DNA from: the human T2T-CHM13v2.0 reference genome, Homo sapiens
Reading direction: 5' to 3' (one strand)
Assembly: GCF_009914755.1 (NCBI RefSeq)
Contig: NC_060928.1
DNA length: 64,000 nucleotides
Position numbers and translations under genes: made by a program. Below are positions 43,250 through 60,100 of the stretch, one piece after another (the stretch's first letter is position 1; each line of letters starts with the position of its first letter). The notes beneath the pieces were generated by a model. It saw only the letters and a list, made by a program, of their open reading frames with translations, did no database searches and was not told where the DNA came from.

Positions 43250-45010
43250 TACTTTGGGTACTTTGATATTTTATGTACAGTATATAATGCATACTTTGAG
43301 TACTTTGATATTTTATGTACAGTATGTAATACATACTTTGGGTACTTTGATATTTTATGTATAGTATATAATACATACTTTGTGTAGTTTGATATTTTAT
43401 GTACAGTATACAATATATAGTTTGAGTACTTTGATATTTTATGTCCAGTATAAAATATATAGTTTTCCTAATTGATATTTTATGTACAGAATATAGTTTG
43501 AGTACTTTGATATTTTATGTACACTTTATTATAAATGTTTGGGTACTTTCATATTTTATGTACAGTATATAATACATACTTTGGTCTCTTTGATGTTTTA
43601 TGTACAGTATATAATACATACTTTGGGTTCTTTGATATTTTATGTGCAGAATATAATGCATAGTTTTAGGTACTTTTATATTTTATGTACAGTATATAAT
43701 ACATACTTTGGGTACTTTGATATTTTATGTACAGTATATAATACATACTTTCGGTACTTTGATATTTTATGTACAGTATATAATACATAGTATTGGTACT
43801 TTGATATTTTATGTACAGTATACAATATATAGTTTGAGTACTTTGATATTTTATGTCCAGTATAAAATACATAGATTTCATACTTTGATATTTTATGTAC
43901 AGAATATAGTTTGAGTACTTTGATATTTTATGTACACTTTATCATAAAAGTTTGGGTACTTTCATATTTTACGTACAGTATATAATACATACTTTGGGCA
44001 CTTTGATGTTTTATGTACAGTATATAATACATACTTTGGGTTCTTTGATATGTTATGTACAGCATATAGTACATAATTTGGGGACTTTTATATTTTATGT
44101 ACATTATATAATACATACTTTGGGTACTTTTATATTTTATGTACGGTATATAATACATACTTTGGGTACTTTGATATATTATGTACAGTATATAATACAT
44201 ACTTTGGGTACTTTGATATATTATGTACAGTATATAATACATACTTAGGGTACTTTCACATTTTATGTACAGTACATAATACATACTTTGGGTACTTTGA
44301 TATTTTATGTACAGTATATAATACATACTTTGGGTACTTTGATATTTTATGTACAGTATATAATTCATGTTTTGGGTACTTTTACATTTTATGTACAGTA
44401 TATAATATATAGTTTGGGTACTTTGATATTTTATGTACGGTATATAATACATACTTTGAGTACTTTGATATTTTATGTACAGTATATAATACATACTTTG
44501 GGTACTTTGATAATTTATGTACAGTATATAATACATACTTTGGGTACTTTGATATTTAATGTACAGTATATAATACACACTTTGCATACTTTGATATTTT
44601 ATGTAAAGTATGTAATACATACTTTGGGTACTTTGATATTTTATGTACAGTATATAATACACGCTTTGGGTACTTTGATATTTTATGTAGAGTATGTAAA
44701 ACATACTTTGGGTAGTTTGTTATTTTATGATCAGTATATAATACATATTTTGGGTACTTTGATATTTTATGTACAGTATATAATACATACTTTGGGTACT
44801 TTGATATTTTATGTACAGTATATAATGCATAATTTGGGTACTTCAATAGTTTATGCACAGTATATAATACATACTTTGGGTAATTTGATATTTTATGTAC
44901 AGTATATAATGCATACTTTGGGTACTTTGATAGTTTATGTACAGTATACAATACATACTTTGGGTACTTTGATATTTTATGTACAGTATATAATATGTAG
45001 TTTGGGTACT
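43250..45010. repeat. Dispersed intra-array duplication, related copy at about 59440-61200; also partly related to about 40680-41620
   Basis: Offsets 16,193/16,192 (43539/59732, 43952/60145, 44556/60748) and 3,116 (40812/43928, 40836/43952). Shared variants AATTCATGTTTT, TTTGCATACT and ACACGCTTTGGG. Confidence 0.75.
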
Positions 45011-48000
45011 TTGATATTTTATTTACAGCTTATAATACATACTTTGGATACTTTGATACTTTATGTACAGTATATAATACATAATTTGGGTACTTTGTTA
45101 TTTTATGTACAGTATACAATATATAGTTTGAGTACTTTGATATTTTATGTGCAGTATAAAATATATAGTTTTGGTACTTTCATATTTTATGTACAGTATA
45201 TAGTTTGAGTACTTTGATATTTTATGTACAGTTTTTTATAAATGTTTGGGTGCTTTCATATTTTATGTACAGTATATAATACATACTAAGGGCACTTTGA
45301 TATTTTATGTACAGTATATAATACATACCTTGGGTACTTTGATATTTTATGTACAGTATATAATATATAGTTTGGGTATTTTGATATTTTATGTACAGTA
45401 TATAATACATATTTTGGGTACTTTGATATTGTATGTACAGTATATAATACATACTTTGGGAACTTTGATATTTTATGTACAGTATGTAGAACATACTTTG
45501 GGTACTTTGATATTTTATGTACAGGATATAATGCATACTTTGGGTACTTTGATAGTTTATGTACAGTATATAATACATACTTTGGGTACTTTGATATTTT
45601 ATGTATAGTATAAAATATATAGTTTGGGTACTTTGATATTTTATGTACAGTATGTAAAACATACTTTGGGGAGTTTGATATTTTATGTACAGTATGTAAA
45701 ACATACTTTGGGGAGTTTGATATTTTATGAACAGTATATAATACACATTTTGTGTACTTTGATATTTTATGTAAAGTATATAATACATACTTTGGGTACT
45801 TTGATATTTTATGTACAGTATATATTACATACTTTGGGTACTTTGATATTTTATGTACAGTATACAATATATAGTTTGAGTACTTTGATATTTTATGTAC
45901 TGTATAAAATATATAGTTTTGGTACTTTGATATTTTATGTACAGTATATAGTTTGAGTACTTTGATATTTTATGTACAGTTTGTTATAAATATTTTGGTG
46001 CTTTCATATTTTATGTACTGTATATAATACATGCTTTGGGCACTTTGATATTTTATGTACAGTATATAATACATACTTTGGGTACTCTGATATTTTATGT
46101 ACAGTGTATAATACATACTTTGGGTACTTTGATATTTTATGTACAGTATATAATACATACATTGGGTACTTTGATATATTATGTACAGTATATAATACTT
46201 ACTTGGGGTACTTTGATATTTTATGTACATTATATAATACATAGTTTGTGTACTTTGATATTTTATCTACAGTATGTAGTACACACTTTGGGTACTTTGA
46301 TATTTTATGTACAGTATATAATACATACTTTGGGTATCTTGATATTTTATGTACAGTATATAATGCATACTTTGCGTCCTTTGATATTTTATGTACAGTA
46401 TATAATGCATACTTTGGGTACTTTGATATTTCATGTACAGTATGTAATACATACTTTGGGTACTTTGATATTTTATGTATAGTATATAATACATACTTTG
46501 TGTAGTTTGATATTTTATGTACAGTATACAATATATAGTTTGAGTACTTTGTTATTTTATGTGCAGTATAAAATATATAGTTTTCGTAATTGATATTTTA
46601 TGTACAGAATATAGTTTGAGTACTTTGATATTTTATGTACAATTTATTATAAATGTTTGGGTACTTTCATGTTTTATGTACAGTGTATAATACATACTTT
46701 GGTCTCTTTGATGTTTTATGTACAGTATATAATACATACTTTGGGTTCTTTGATATTTTATGAACAGAAAATAATGCATAGTTTTAGGTACTTTTATATT
46801 TTATGTACAGTATATAATACATACTTTGGGTACTTTGATATTTTATGTACAGTATATAATACATACTTTGGGAACTTTGATATTTTATGTACGGTATATA
46901 ATACATACTTTGGGTACTTTGATATTTTATGTACAGTATATAATACATGTTTTGGGTACTTTTATATTTTATGTACAGTATATAATATATAGTTTGGGTA
47001 CTTTGATATTTTATGTACGGTATATAATACATACTTTGGATACTTTGATATTTTATGTACAGTATCTAATACATACTTTGGGTACTTTGATATTTTATGT
47101 ACAGTATATAATGCATAATTTGGGTACTTCAATAGTTTATGCACAGTATATAATACATACTTTGGGTAATTTGATATTTTATGTACAGTATATAATGCAT
47201 ACTTTGGGTACTTTGATAGTTTATGTACAGTATACAATACATACTTTGCGTACTTTGATATTTTATGTACAGTATATAATATGTAGTTTGGGTACTTTGA
47301 TATTTTAACTACAGTATATAATACATACTTTGGGTACTTTGATATTTTATCTACAGTATATAATACATACTTTGGGTACTTTGATATATTATGTACAGTA
47401 TATAATACATAGTTTGGTTACTTTGATATTTTTTGTACAGTATGTAAAACATACTTTGGGGAGTTTGATATTTTATAAACAGTATATAATACACATTTTG
47501 GGTACTTTGATATTTTATGTACGGTATATAATACATACTTTGGGTACTTTGATATTTTATGTACAGTATATAATTCATACTTTGGGTACTTTGATATTTT
47601 ATGTACAGTATATAATACATACATTGGGTACTTCGATATTTTATGTGCAGTACCCTATATATAGTTTGGGTACTTTGATATTTTATGTCCAGTATAAAAT
47701 AAATAGTTTTGGTACTTTGATATTTTATGTACAGTATATAGTTTGAGTACTTTGATATTTAATGTTCAGTTTATTATAAATGTTTGGGTGCTTTCATATT
47801 TTATATACAGTATATAATACATACTTTGGGCACTTTGATATTTTCTGTACAGTATATAATACATACTTTGGGTACTTTGATATTTTATGTACGGTATATA
47901 ATTCATACATTGGGTACTTTGATATTTTATGTACAGTATATAATATATAGTTTGGTTACTTTGATATTTTATATACATTATATAATATATATTATGTGTA

Positions 48001-51000
48001 CTTTGAAAAATTATGTACAGTATATAATATATAGTATGGGTTGTTTGATATTTTATGTACAGTATATAATATATAGTTTGGGTAGTTTGATATTTTTAGT
48101 AGAGTATGTAATATATAGTTTGTTTTATTTGATATTTTATGTACAGTATACAATATATAGTATTGGTACTTTGATATTTCATGTAAAGTATATAGTTTGA
48201 GTACTTTGATATTTTATATGCAGTTTATTATAAATGTTTGGGTACCTTCATATTTTATGTACAGTATATAATACATACTTTGGGAACTTTTATTTTATGT
48301 GCAGTATATAATACATACTTTGGGTACTTTGATATTTCATGTACAGTATATAATACACACTTTGGGTACTTTGATATTTTATGTACAGTATGTAAAACAT
48401 ACTTTGGGTACTTTGATATTTTATGTACAGTATATAATACATACTATTGGTACTTTGATATTTTATGTACATTATACAATATATAGTTTGAGTACTTTGA
48501 TATTTTATGTCCAGGATAAAATATATAGATTTCGTACTTTGATATTTTATGTACAGAATATAGTTTGAGTACTTTGATATTGTATGTACAATTTATTATA
48601 AAAGTTTGGGTACTTTCATATTTTACGTACAGTATATAATACATACTTTGGGCACTTTGATGTTTTATGTACAGTATATAATACATACTTTAGGTTCTTT
48701 TATATTTTATGTACAGCATATAATACAAAATTTGGGGACTTTTATATTTTATGTACATTATATAATACATACTTTGGGTACTTTTATATTTTATGTACGG
48801 TATATAATACATACTTTGGGTACTTTGATATATTATGTACAGTATATAATACATACTTTGGGTACTTTGATATATTATGTACAGTATATAATACATACTT
48901 AGGGTACTTTGACATTTTATGTACAGTATATAATACATACTTTGGGTACTTTGATATTTTATGAACAGTATATAAAACTTACTTTGGGTACTTTGATATT
49001 TTATGTACTGTATATAATACATACTTTGGGTACTTTTATATTTTATGTACAGTATATAATATATAGTTTGGGTACTTTGATATTTTATGTACGGTATATA
49101 ATACATACTTTGGGTACTTTGATATTTTATGTATAGTATATAATACATACTTTGGGTACTTTGATATTGTATGTACAGTATACAATATATAGTTTGAGTA
49201 CTTTGATATTTTATGTACTGTATAAAATATATAGTTTTGGTACTTTGATATTTTATGTATAGTATATAGTTTGAGTACTTTGATATTTTATGTACAGTTT
49301 TTTATAAATATTTGGGTGCTTTGATATTTTATGTACAGTATATAATACATACTAAGCGCACTTTGATATTTTATGTACAGTATATAATACATACTTTGGT
49401 TACTCTGATATTTTATGTACAGTGTATAATACATACTTTGGGTACTTTGATATTTTATGTACAATATATAATACATACGTTGGGAACTTTGATATATTAT
49501 GTACAGTATATAATTCATACTTTGGGTACTTTGATATTTTATGTACAGTATATAATACATAGTTTGTGTACTTTGATATTTTATGTACAGTATATAATAC
49601 ATACTTTGGTACTTTGATATTTTATATACAGTATATAATACATACTTTGGGTACTTTCATATTTTATGTACAGTATATAATATATAGCTTGGGTACTTTG
49701 ATATTTTTTCTACAGCTTATAATACATACTTTGGGTATTTTGATATTTTATGTACAGTATATAATACATACTTTGGGTAGTTTGATATTTTATGTACAGT
49801 ATACAATATAGAGTTTGAGTACTTTGATATTTTATGTGCAGTATAAAATATATAGTTTTGGTACTTTGATATTTTATGTACAGTTTATAGTTTCAGTACT
49901 TTGATATTTTATGTACAGTTTATTATAAATGTTTGGGTACTTTCATATTTGATGTACAGTATATAATACATAATTTGGGCACTTTGATATTTTATGTACA
50001 GTATATAATACATACTTTGGGTACTTTGATATTTTATGTACAGTATATAATACATACGTTGGGTATCTTGATATTTTATGTACAGTATATAATGCATACT
50101 TTGGGTACTTTGATATTTTATGTACAGTATATAATGCATACTTTGAGTACTTTGATATTTTATATACAGTATATAACACATACTTTGGGTACTTTCATAT
50201 TTTATGTACAGTATATAATACATACTTTGTGTAGTTTGATATTTTATGTACAGTATACAATATATAGTTTGAGTACTTTGTTATTTTATGTCCAGTATAA
50301 AATATATAGTTTTGGTAATTGATATTTTATGTACAGAATATAGTTTGAGTACTTTGATATTTTATGTACACTTTATTATAAATGTTTGGGTACTTTCATA
50401 TTTTATGTACAGTATATAATACATACTTTGGTCTCTTTGATGTTTTATGTACAGTATATAATACATACTTTGGGTTCTTTGATATTTTATGTACAGTATA
50501 TAATACATACTTTGGGTACTTTGATATTTTATGTACAGTATATAATACATACTTTGGGAACTTTGATATTTTATGTACAGTATGTAATACATACTTTGGG
50601 TACTTTGATATTTTATGTACAGTATATAATACATATTATTGGTACTTTGATATTTTATGTCCAGTATACAATATATAGTTTGAGTACTTTGATATTTTAT
50701 GTCCAGTATAAAATACATAGATTTCATACTTTGATATTTTATGTACAGAATATAGTTTGAGTACTTTGATATTTTATGTACACTTTATCATAAAAGTTTG
50801 GGTACTTTCATATTTTACGTACAGTATATAATACATACTTTGGGCACTTTGATGTTTTATGTACAGTATATAATACATACTTTGGGTTCTTTGATATATT
50901 ATGTACAGCATATAGTACATAATTTGGGGACTTTTATATTTTATGTACATTATATAATACATACTTTGGGTACTTTTATATTTTATGTACGGTATATAAT

Positions 51001-51359
51001 ACATACTTTGGGTACTTTGATATATTATGTACAGTATATAATACATACTTTGGGTACTTTGATATATTATGTACAGTATATAATACATACTTAGGGTACT
51101 TTGACATTTTATGTACAGTACATAATACATACTTTGGGTACTTTGATATTTTATGTACAGTATATAATACATACTTTGGGAACTTCGATATTTTATGTAC
51201 AGTATATAATACATATTTTGGTTACTTTTATATTTTATGTACAGTATATAATATATAGTTTGGGTACTTTGATATTTTATGTACGGTATATAATACATAC
51301 TTTGGGTACTTTGATATTTTATGTACGGTATATAATACATACTTTGGGTACTTTGATAT

Positions 51360-54100
51360 TTTAACTACAGTATATAATACATACTTTGGGTACTTTGATA
51401 TTTTATCTACAGTATATAATAGATACTTTGGGTACTTTGATATATTATGTACAGTATATAATACATAGTCTGGTTACTTTGGTATTTTTTGTACAGTATG
51501 TAAAACATTCTTTGGGGAGTTTGATATTTTATGAACAGTATATAATACACATTTTGGGTACTTTGATATTTTATGTACGGTATATAATACATACTTTGGG
51601 TACTTTGATATTTTATGTACAGTATATAATTCATACTTTGGGTACTTTGATATTTTATGTACAGTATATAATACATACATTGGGTACTTCGATATTTTAT
51701 GTGCAGTACCCTATATATAGTTTGGGTACTTTGATATTTTATGTCCAGTATAAAATAAATAGTTTTGGTACTTTGATATTTTATGTACAGTATATAGTTT
51801 GAGTACTTTGATATTTAATGTTCAGTTTATTATAAATGTTTGGGTGCTTTCATATTTTATATACAGTATATAATACATACTTTGGGCACTTTGATATTTT
51901 CTGTACAGTATATAATACATACTTTGGGTACTTTGATATTTTATGTACGGTATATAATACATACATTGGGTACTTTGATATTTTATGTACAGTATATAAT
52001 GTATAGTTTGTTTACTTTGATATTTTATATACAGTATATAATATATACTATGTGTACTCTGATATATTATGTACAGTATATAATATATAGTATGGGTTGT
52101 TTGATATTTTATGTACAGTATATAATATATAGTTTGGGTAGTTTGATATTATTAGTACAGTATGTAATATATAGTTTGTTTTATTTGATATTTTATGTAC
52201 AGTATACAATATATAGTATTGGTACTTTGATATTTCATGTAAAGTATATAGTTTGAGTACTTTGATATTTTATATGCAGTTTATTATAAATGTTTGGGTA
52301 CCTTCATATTTTATGTACAGTATATAATACATACTTTGGGAACTTTTATTTTATGTGCAGTATATAATACATACTTTGGGTACTTTGATATTTCATGTAC
52401 AGTATATAATACACACTTTGGGTACTTTGATATTTTATGTACAGTATATAATACATACTTTGGTAACTTTGATGTATTATGTACAGTATATAATACATAC
52501 TTTGGGTACTTTGATATTTTATATACAGTATATAATACATACTTTGGGTACTTTGATATTTTATGTACAGTATGTAATACATAATTTGGGTACTTTAATA
52601 TTTTATGCATAGTATATAATACTTTGGGTACTTTGATATTTTATGGACAGTGTATAATACATACTTTGGGTACTTTGATATTTTATGTACAGTATATAAC
52701 ATATAGTTTGGGTACTTTGATATTTTATATACAGTATATAATACATACTTTGGGTACTTTGATATTTTATGTACAGTATATAATACATATTTTGGGTACT
52801 TTGATATTTCATGCACAGTATACAATATATAGTTTGAGTACTTTGATATTTTATGTACTGTATAAAATATATAGTTTTGGTACTTTGATATTTTATGTAC
52901 AGTATATAGTTTGAGTACTTTGATATTTTATGTACAGTTTGTTATAAATGTTTGGGTGCTTTCATATTTTATGTACAGTATATAATACATACTTTGGGCA
53001 CTTTGATATCTTATGTACAGTATATAATACATACTTTGGGTTCTCTGATATTTTCTGTACAGTGTATAATACATAATTTGGGTACATTGATATTTTATGT
53101 ACAGCATATAATACATACGTTGGGTACTTTGATATATTATGTACAGTATGTAATACATACTTTGGGTAATTTGATATTTTATGTACAGTATATAATCCAT
53201 AGTTTGTGTACTTTTATATTTTATGTACAGTATATAATACATAGTTTGGGTTCTTTGATATTTTATGTACAGTATATAATACATACTTTGGGTACTTTCA
53301 TGTTTTATGTACAGTATATAATATATAGTTTGGGTACTTTGATATTTTATCTACAGCTTACAATACTTACTTTGGGTAATTTGATATTTTATGTACAGTA
53401 TATAATACATACTTTGGGTAGTTTGATATTTTATGTACTGTATACAATATATAGTTTGAGTACTTTGATATTTTATGTGCAGTATAAAATATATAGTGTT
53501 GGTACTTTGATGTTTTATGTACAGTATATATTTTGAGTACTTTGATATTTTGTGTACAGTTTATTATAAATGTTTGGGTACTTTCATATTTGATGTACAG
53601 TATATAATACATAATTTGGGCACTTTGATATTTTATGTACAGTATATAATACATACTTTGGGTACTTTTATATTTTATGTACAGTATATAATACATACTC
53701 TGGGCAGTTTGATATTTAATGTACAGTATATAAAACACACTTTGCGTACTTTGATATTTTATGTAACGTATGTAATACATACTTTGGGTAGTTTGATATC
53801 TTATGTACAGTATGTAGTACACACTTTGGGTACTTTGATATTTTATGTACAGTATGTGAAACATACTTTGGGTAGTTTGATATTTTATGATCAGTATATA
53901 ATACACATTTTGGGTACCTTGATATTTTATGTACAGTATATAATACATACTTTGGGTACTTTGATATTTTATGTACAGTATATAATGCATACTTTAGGTA
54001 ATTTGATAGTTTATGTACTGTATATAATACATACTTTGGGTACTTTGATATTTTATGTACAGTATATAATACATAGTTTGGGTACTTTGATATTTTATGT
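51360..54100. repeat. Dispersed intra-array duplication, related copy at about 61210-64000 (runs off the window)
   Basis: Offset 9,850 (51386/61236), then 9,896 (52624/62520, 52952/62848, 53367/63263); the 46-bp change equals one monomer plus a 4-bp indel. Shared variants GGTTCTCTGATATTTTCTG, AATCCATAG and GTAACGTATG. Confidence 0.82.
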
Positions 54101-57100
54101 ACCGTATATAATACATACTTTGGGTACTTTGATATTTTATCTACAGTGTATAATATATACTTTGGGTACTTTGATATATTATGTACAGTATATAATACAT
54201 ATTTTGGGTACTTTGATATTTTATGTACAGTATATAATACATACTTTGGGTACTTTGATATTTTATGTACAGTATATAATACATACTTTCGGTACTTTGA
54301 TATTTTATGTACAGTATATAATATATAGTTTGGGTACTTTGATATTTTATGTACAGTATATAATACATACTTTGGGTACTTTGATATTTTATGTACAGTA
54401 TATAATACATACTTTGGGTACTTTGATATTTTATGTACAGTATATAATACATACTTTGGGTACTTTGATATTTTATGTACAGTATATAATATATAGTTTG
54501 GGTACTTTGATAATTTATGTACAGTGTATAACACATACTTTGGGTACTTTCATATTTTATGTACAGTATATAATACATACTTTGAGTACTTTGATATTTT
54601 ATGTACAGTATATAATACATACTTTGGGAACTTTCATATTTCATGTACACTTTATAATATATAGTTTGGGTACTTTGGTATATTATGTACTGTATATAAT
54701 ACATACTTTGAGTACTTTGATATTTTATGTACAGTATATAATACATACTTTGCGTACTTTGATATTTTATGTCCAGTATAGAATATATAGTTTTGGTAGT
54801 TTGATATTTTATGTACAGTATATAGTTTGAGTACTTTCACATTTTATGTACAATTTATTATAAATGTTTGGGTGTTTTCATATTTTATGTACTCTATATA
54901 ATACATACATTGGGCACTTTGATATATTATGTACAGTATATAATACATACTTTGGGTACTCTGATATTTTATGTACAGTATATAATACACACTTTGGGTA
55001 CTTTGATATTTTATGTACAGGATATAATGCATACTTTGGGTACTTTGATAGTTTATGTACAGTATATAATACATACTTTGGGTACTTTGATATTTTATGT
55101 GTAGTATAAAATATACAGTTTGGGTACTTTGATATTTTATGTACAGTATGTAAAACATACTTTGGGGAGTTTGATATTTCATGTACAGTATGTAAAACAT
55201 ACTTTGGGGAGTTTGATATTTTATGAACAGTATATAATACACATTTTGTGTACTTTGATATTTTATGTACAGTATATAATACATACTTTGGGTACTTTGA
55301 TATTTTATGTACAGTATATAATACATACTTTGGGTACTTTGATATTTTATGTACAGTATACAATATATAGTTTGAGTACTTTGATATTTTATGTACTGTA
55401 TAAAATATATAGTTTTGGTACTATGATATTTTATGTACAGTATATAGTTTGAGTACTTTGATATTTTATGAACAGTTTGTTATAAATATTTGGGTGCTTT
55501 CATATTTTATGTACTGTATATAATACATGCTTTAGGCACTTTGATATTTTATGTACAGTATATAATACATACTTTGGGTACTCTGATATTTTATATACAG
55601 TGTATAATACATACTTTGGGTACTTTGATATTTTATGTACAGTATATAATACATACATTGTGTACTTTGATATATTATGTACAGTATATAATACTTACTT
55701 GGGGTACTTTGATATTTTATGTACAGTATATAATACACAGTTTGTGTACTTTGATATTTTATGTACAGTATATAATACATACTATTGGTACTTTGATATT
55801 TTATGTACAGTATACAATATATAGTTTGAGTACTTTGATATTTTATGTCCAGTATAAAATATATAGATTTCGTACTTTGATATTTTATGTACAGAATATA
55901 GTTTGAGTACTTTGATATTTTATGTACACTTTATTATAAAAGTTTGGGTACTTTCATATTTTACGTACAGTATATAATACATACTTTGGGCACTTTGATG
56001 TTTTATGCACAGTATATAATACATACTTTGGGTACTTTTATATTTTATGTACAGTATATAATACATAGTTTGGGTACTTTGATATTTAATATACAGTATA
56101 TAATGCACACTTTGCGTACTTTGATATTTTATGTAAAGTATGTAATACATACTTTGGGTAGTTTGATATTTTATGTACCGTATGTAATACACACTTTGGG
56201 TACTTTGATATTTTATGTACAGTATGTAAAACATACTTTGGGTAGTTTGATATTTTATGATCAGTATATAATACACATTTTGGGTACTTTGATATTTTAT
56301 GTACAGTGTATAATACATACTTTGGGTACTTTGATATTTTATGTACAGGATATAATGCATACTTTGGGTACTTTGATAGCTTATGTACAGTATATAATAC
56401 TTACTTTGGGTACTTTGATATTTTATATATAGTATAAAATATATAGTTTGGGTAGTTTGATATTTTAAGTATAGTATATGATACAAACTTTGGGTACTTA
56501 GATATTTTATCTACAGTGTATAATAAATACTATGGGTACTTTGATATATTATGTACAATAGATAATACATACTTTGGGTACTTTGATATTTTATGTACAG
56601 TATATCATACATACTTTGGGTACTTTGATATTTTATGTACAGTATATAATACATACATTGGGTGATTTCATATTTCATGTACACTATATAATATATAGTT
56701 TGGATACTTTGGTATATTATGTACTGTATATAATACATATTTTGAGTATTTTGATATTTTATGTACAGTATATAATACATACTTTGGGTACTTTGATATT
56801 TTATGTACAGTATATAATGCATAATTTGGGTACTTCAATAATTTATGCACAGTATATAATACATACTTTGGGTAATTTGATATTTTATGTACAGTATATA
56901 ATGCATACTTTGGGTACTTTGATAGTTTATGTACAGTATACAATACATACTTTGGGTACTTTGATATTTTATGTAAAGTATATAATATGTAGTTTGGGTA
57001 CTTTGATATTTTAACTACAGTATATAATACATACTTTGGGTACTTTGATATTTTATCTACAGTATATAATAGATACTTTGGGTACTTTGATATATTATGT

Positions 57101-60100
57101 ACAGTATATAATACATACTTTGGGTACTTTGATATTTTATGTACAGTATATAATACATACTTTGGGTACTTTGATATTTTATGTACAGTATATAATACAT
57201 ACTTTCGGTACTTTGATATTTTATGTACAGTATATAATATATACTTTGGGTACTTTGATATTTTATGTACAGTATATAATACATACTTTGGGAACTTTGA
57301 TATTTTATGTACAGTATGTAAAACATACTTTGGGTACTTTGATATTTTATGTACAGTATATAATACATACTATTGGTACTTTGATATTTTATGTACATTA
57401 TACAATATATAGTTTGAGTACTTTGATATTTTATGTCCAGTATAAAATATATAGATTTCGTACTTTGATATTTTATGTACAGAATATATTTTGAGTACTT
57501 TGATATTTTATGTACACTTTATTATAAAAGTTTGGGTACTTTCATATTTTACGTACAGTATATAATACATACTTTGGGCACTTTGATGTTTTATGTACAG
57601 TATATAATAAATACTTTAGGTTCTTTTATATTTTATGTACAGCATATAATACAAAATTTGGGATCTTTTATATTTTATGTACATTATATAATACATACTT
57701 TGGGTACTTTTATATTTTATGTACGGTATATAATACATACTTTGGGTACTTTGATATATTATGTACAGTATATAATACATACTTTGGGTAATTTGATATA
57801 TTATGTACAGTATATAATACATACTTAGGGTACTTTGACATTTTATGTACAGTATATAATACATACTTTGGGTACTTTGATATTTTATGAACAGTATATA
57901 ATACATACTTTGGGTATTTTGATATTTTATGTACTGTATATAATACATACTTTGGGTACTTTTATATTTTATGTACAGTATATAATATATAGTTTGGGTA
58001 CTTTGATATTTTATGTACGGTATATAATACATACTTTGGGTACTTTGATATTTTATGTATAGTATATAATACATACTTTGGGTACTTTGATATTGTATGT
58101 ACAGTATACAATATATAGTTTGAGTTCTTTGATATTTTATGTACTGTATAAAATATATAGTTTTGGTACTTTGATATTTTATGTATAGTATATAGTTTGA
58201 GTACTTTGATATTTTATGTACAGTTTTTTATAAATATTTGGGTGCCTTCATATTTTATGTACAGTATATAATACATACTAAGCGCACTTTGATATTTTAT
58301 GTACAGTATATAATACATACTTTGGTTACTCTGATATTTTATGTACAGTGTATAATACATACTTTGGGTACTTTGATATTTTATGTACAATATATAATAC
58401 ATACGTTGGGAACTTTGATATATTATGTACAGTATATAATACATACTTTGGTACTTTGATATTTTATGTACAGTATATAATACATAGTTTGTGTACTTTG
58501 ATATTTTATGTACAGTATATAATACATACTTTGGGTACTTTGATATTTTATATACAGTATATAATACATACTTTGGGTACTTTCATATTTTATGTACAGT
58601 ATATAATATATAGTTTGGGTACTTTGATATTTTATCTACAGCTTATAATACATACTTTGGGTACTTTGATACTTTATGTACAGTACATAATACATACTTT
58701 GGATACTTTGATATTTTATGTACAGTATACAATATATAGTTTGAGTACTTTGATATTTTATGTGCAGTATAAAATATATAGTTTTGGTACTTTGATATTT
58801 TATGTACAGTTTATAGTTTGAGTACTTTGATATTTTATGTACAGTTTATTATAAATGTTTGGGTACTTTCATATTTGATGTACAGTATATAATACATAAT
58901 TTGGGCACTTTGATATTTTATGTACAGTATATAATACATACTTTGGGTACTTTTATATTTTATGTACAGTATATAATACATACTTTTGGTACTTTGATAT
59001 TTAATGTACAGTATATAATACACACTTTGCGTACTTTGATATTTTATGTAAAGCATGTAATACATACTTTGGGCAGTTTGATATTTTATGTACAGTATGT
59101 AATACACAATTTGGGTACTTTGATATTTTATGTACAGTATGTAAAACATACTTTGGGTAGTTTGATATATTATGTACAGTATATAATACATACTTTGGGT
59201 ACTCTGATATTTTATGTACAGTGTATAATACATACTTTGGGTACTTTGAAATTTTATGTACAGTATATAATACATACATTCGGTACTTTGATATATTATG
59301 TACAGTATATAATACTTACTTGGGGTACTTTGATATTTTATGTACAGTATATAATACATACTTTGGGTACTTTGATATTTTATGTACAGTATATAACACA
59401 TACTTTGGGTACTTTGATATTATATGTACAGTATAAAATGCATACTTTGGGTACTTTGATATTTTATGTACAGTATATAATGCATACTTTGAGTACTTTG
59501 ATATTTTATGTACAGTATGTAATACATACTTTGGGTACTTTGATATTTTATGTATAGTATATAATACATACTTTGTGTAGTTTGATATTTTATGTACAGT
59601 ATACAATATATAGTTTGAGTACTTTGATATTTTATGTCCAGTATAAAATATATAGTTTTCCTAATTGATATTTTATGTACAGAATATAGTTTGAGTACTT
59701 TGATATTTTATGTACACTTTATTATAAATGTTTGGGTACTTTCATATTTTATGTACAGTATATAATACATACTTTGGTCTCTTTGATGTTTTATCTACAG
59801 TATATAATACATACTTTGGGTTCTTTGATATTTTATGTGCAGAATATAATGCATAGTTTTAGGTACTTTTATATTTTATGTACAGTATATAATACATACT
59901 TTGGGTACTTTGATATTTTATGTACAGTATATAATACATACTTTGGGTACTTTGATATTTTATGTACAGTATATAATACATATTATTGGTACTTTGATAT
60001 TTTATGTACAGTATACAATATATAGTTTGAGTACTTTGATATTTTATGTCCAGTATAAAATACATAGATTTCATACTTTGATATTTTATGTACAGAATAT

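Noticed and set aside
53517-54830. Longest ORF (437 aa), and 41139-42176 (345 aa), resembling hydrophobic repeat or membrane proteins
   Set aside because: These are simply the longest indel-free monomer runs between landmarks; equally repetitive antisense ORFs overlap them.
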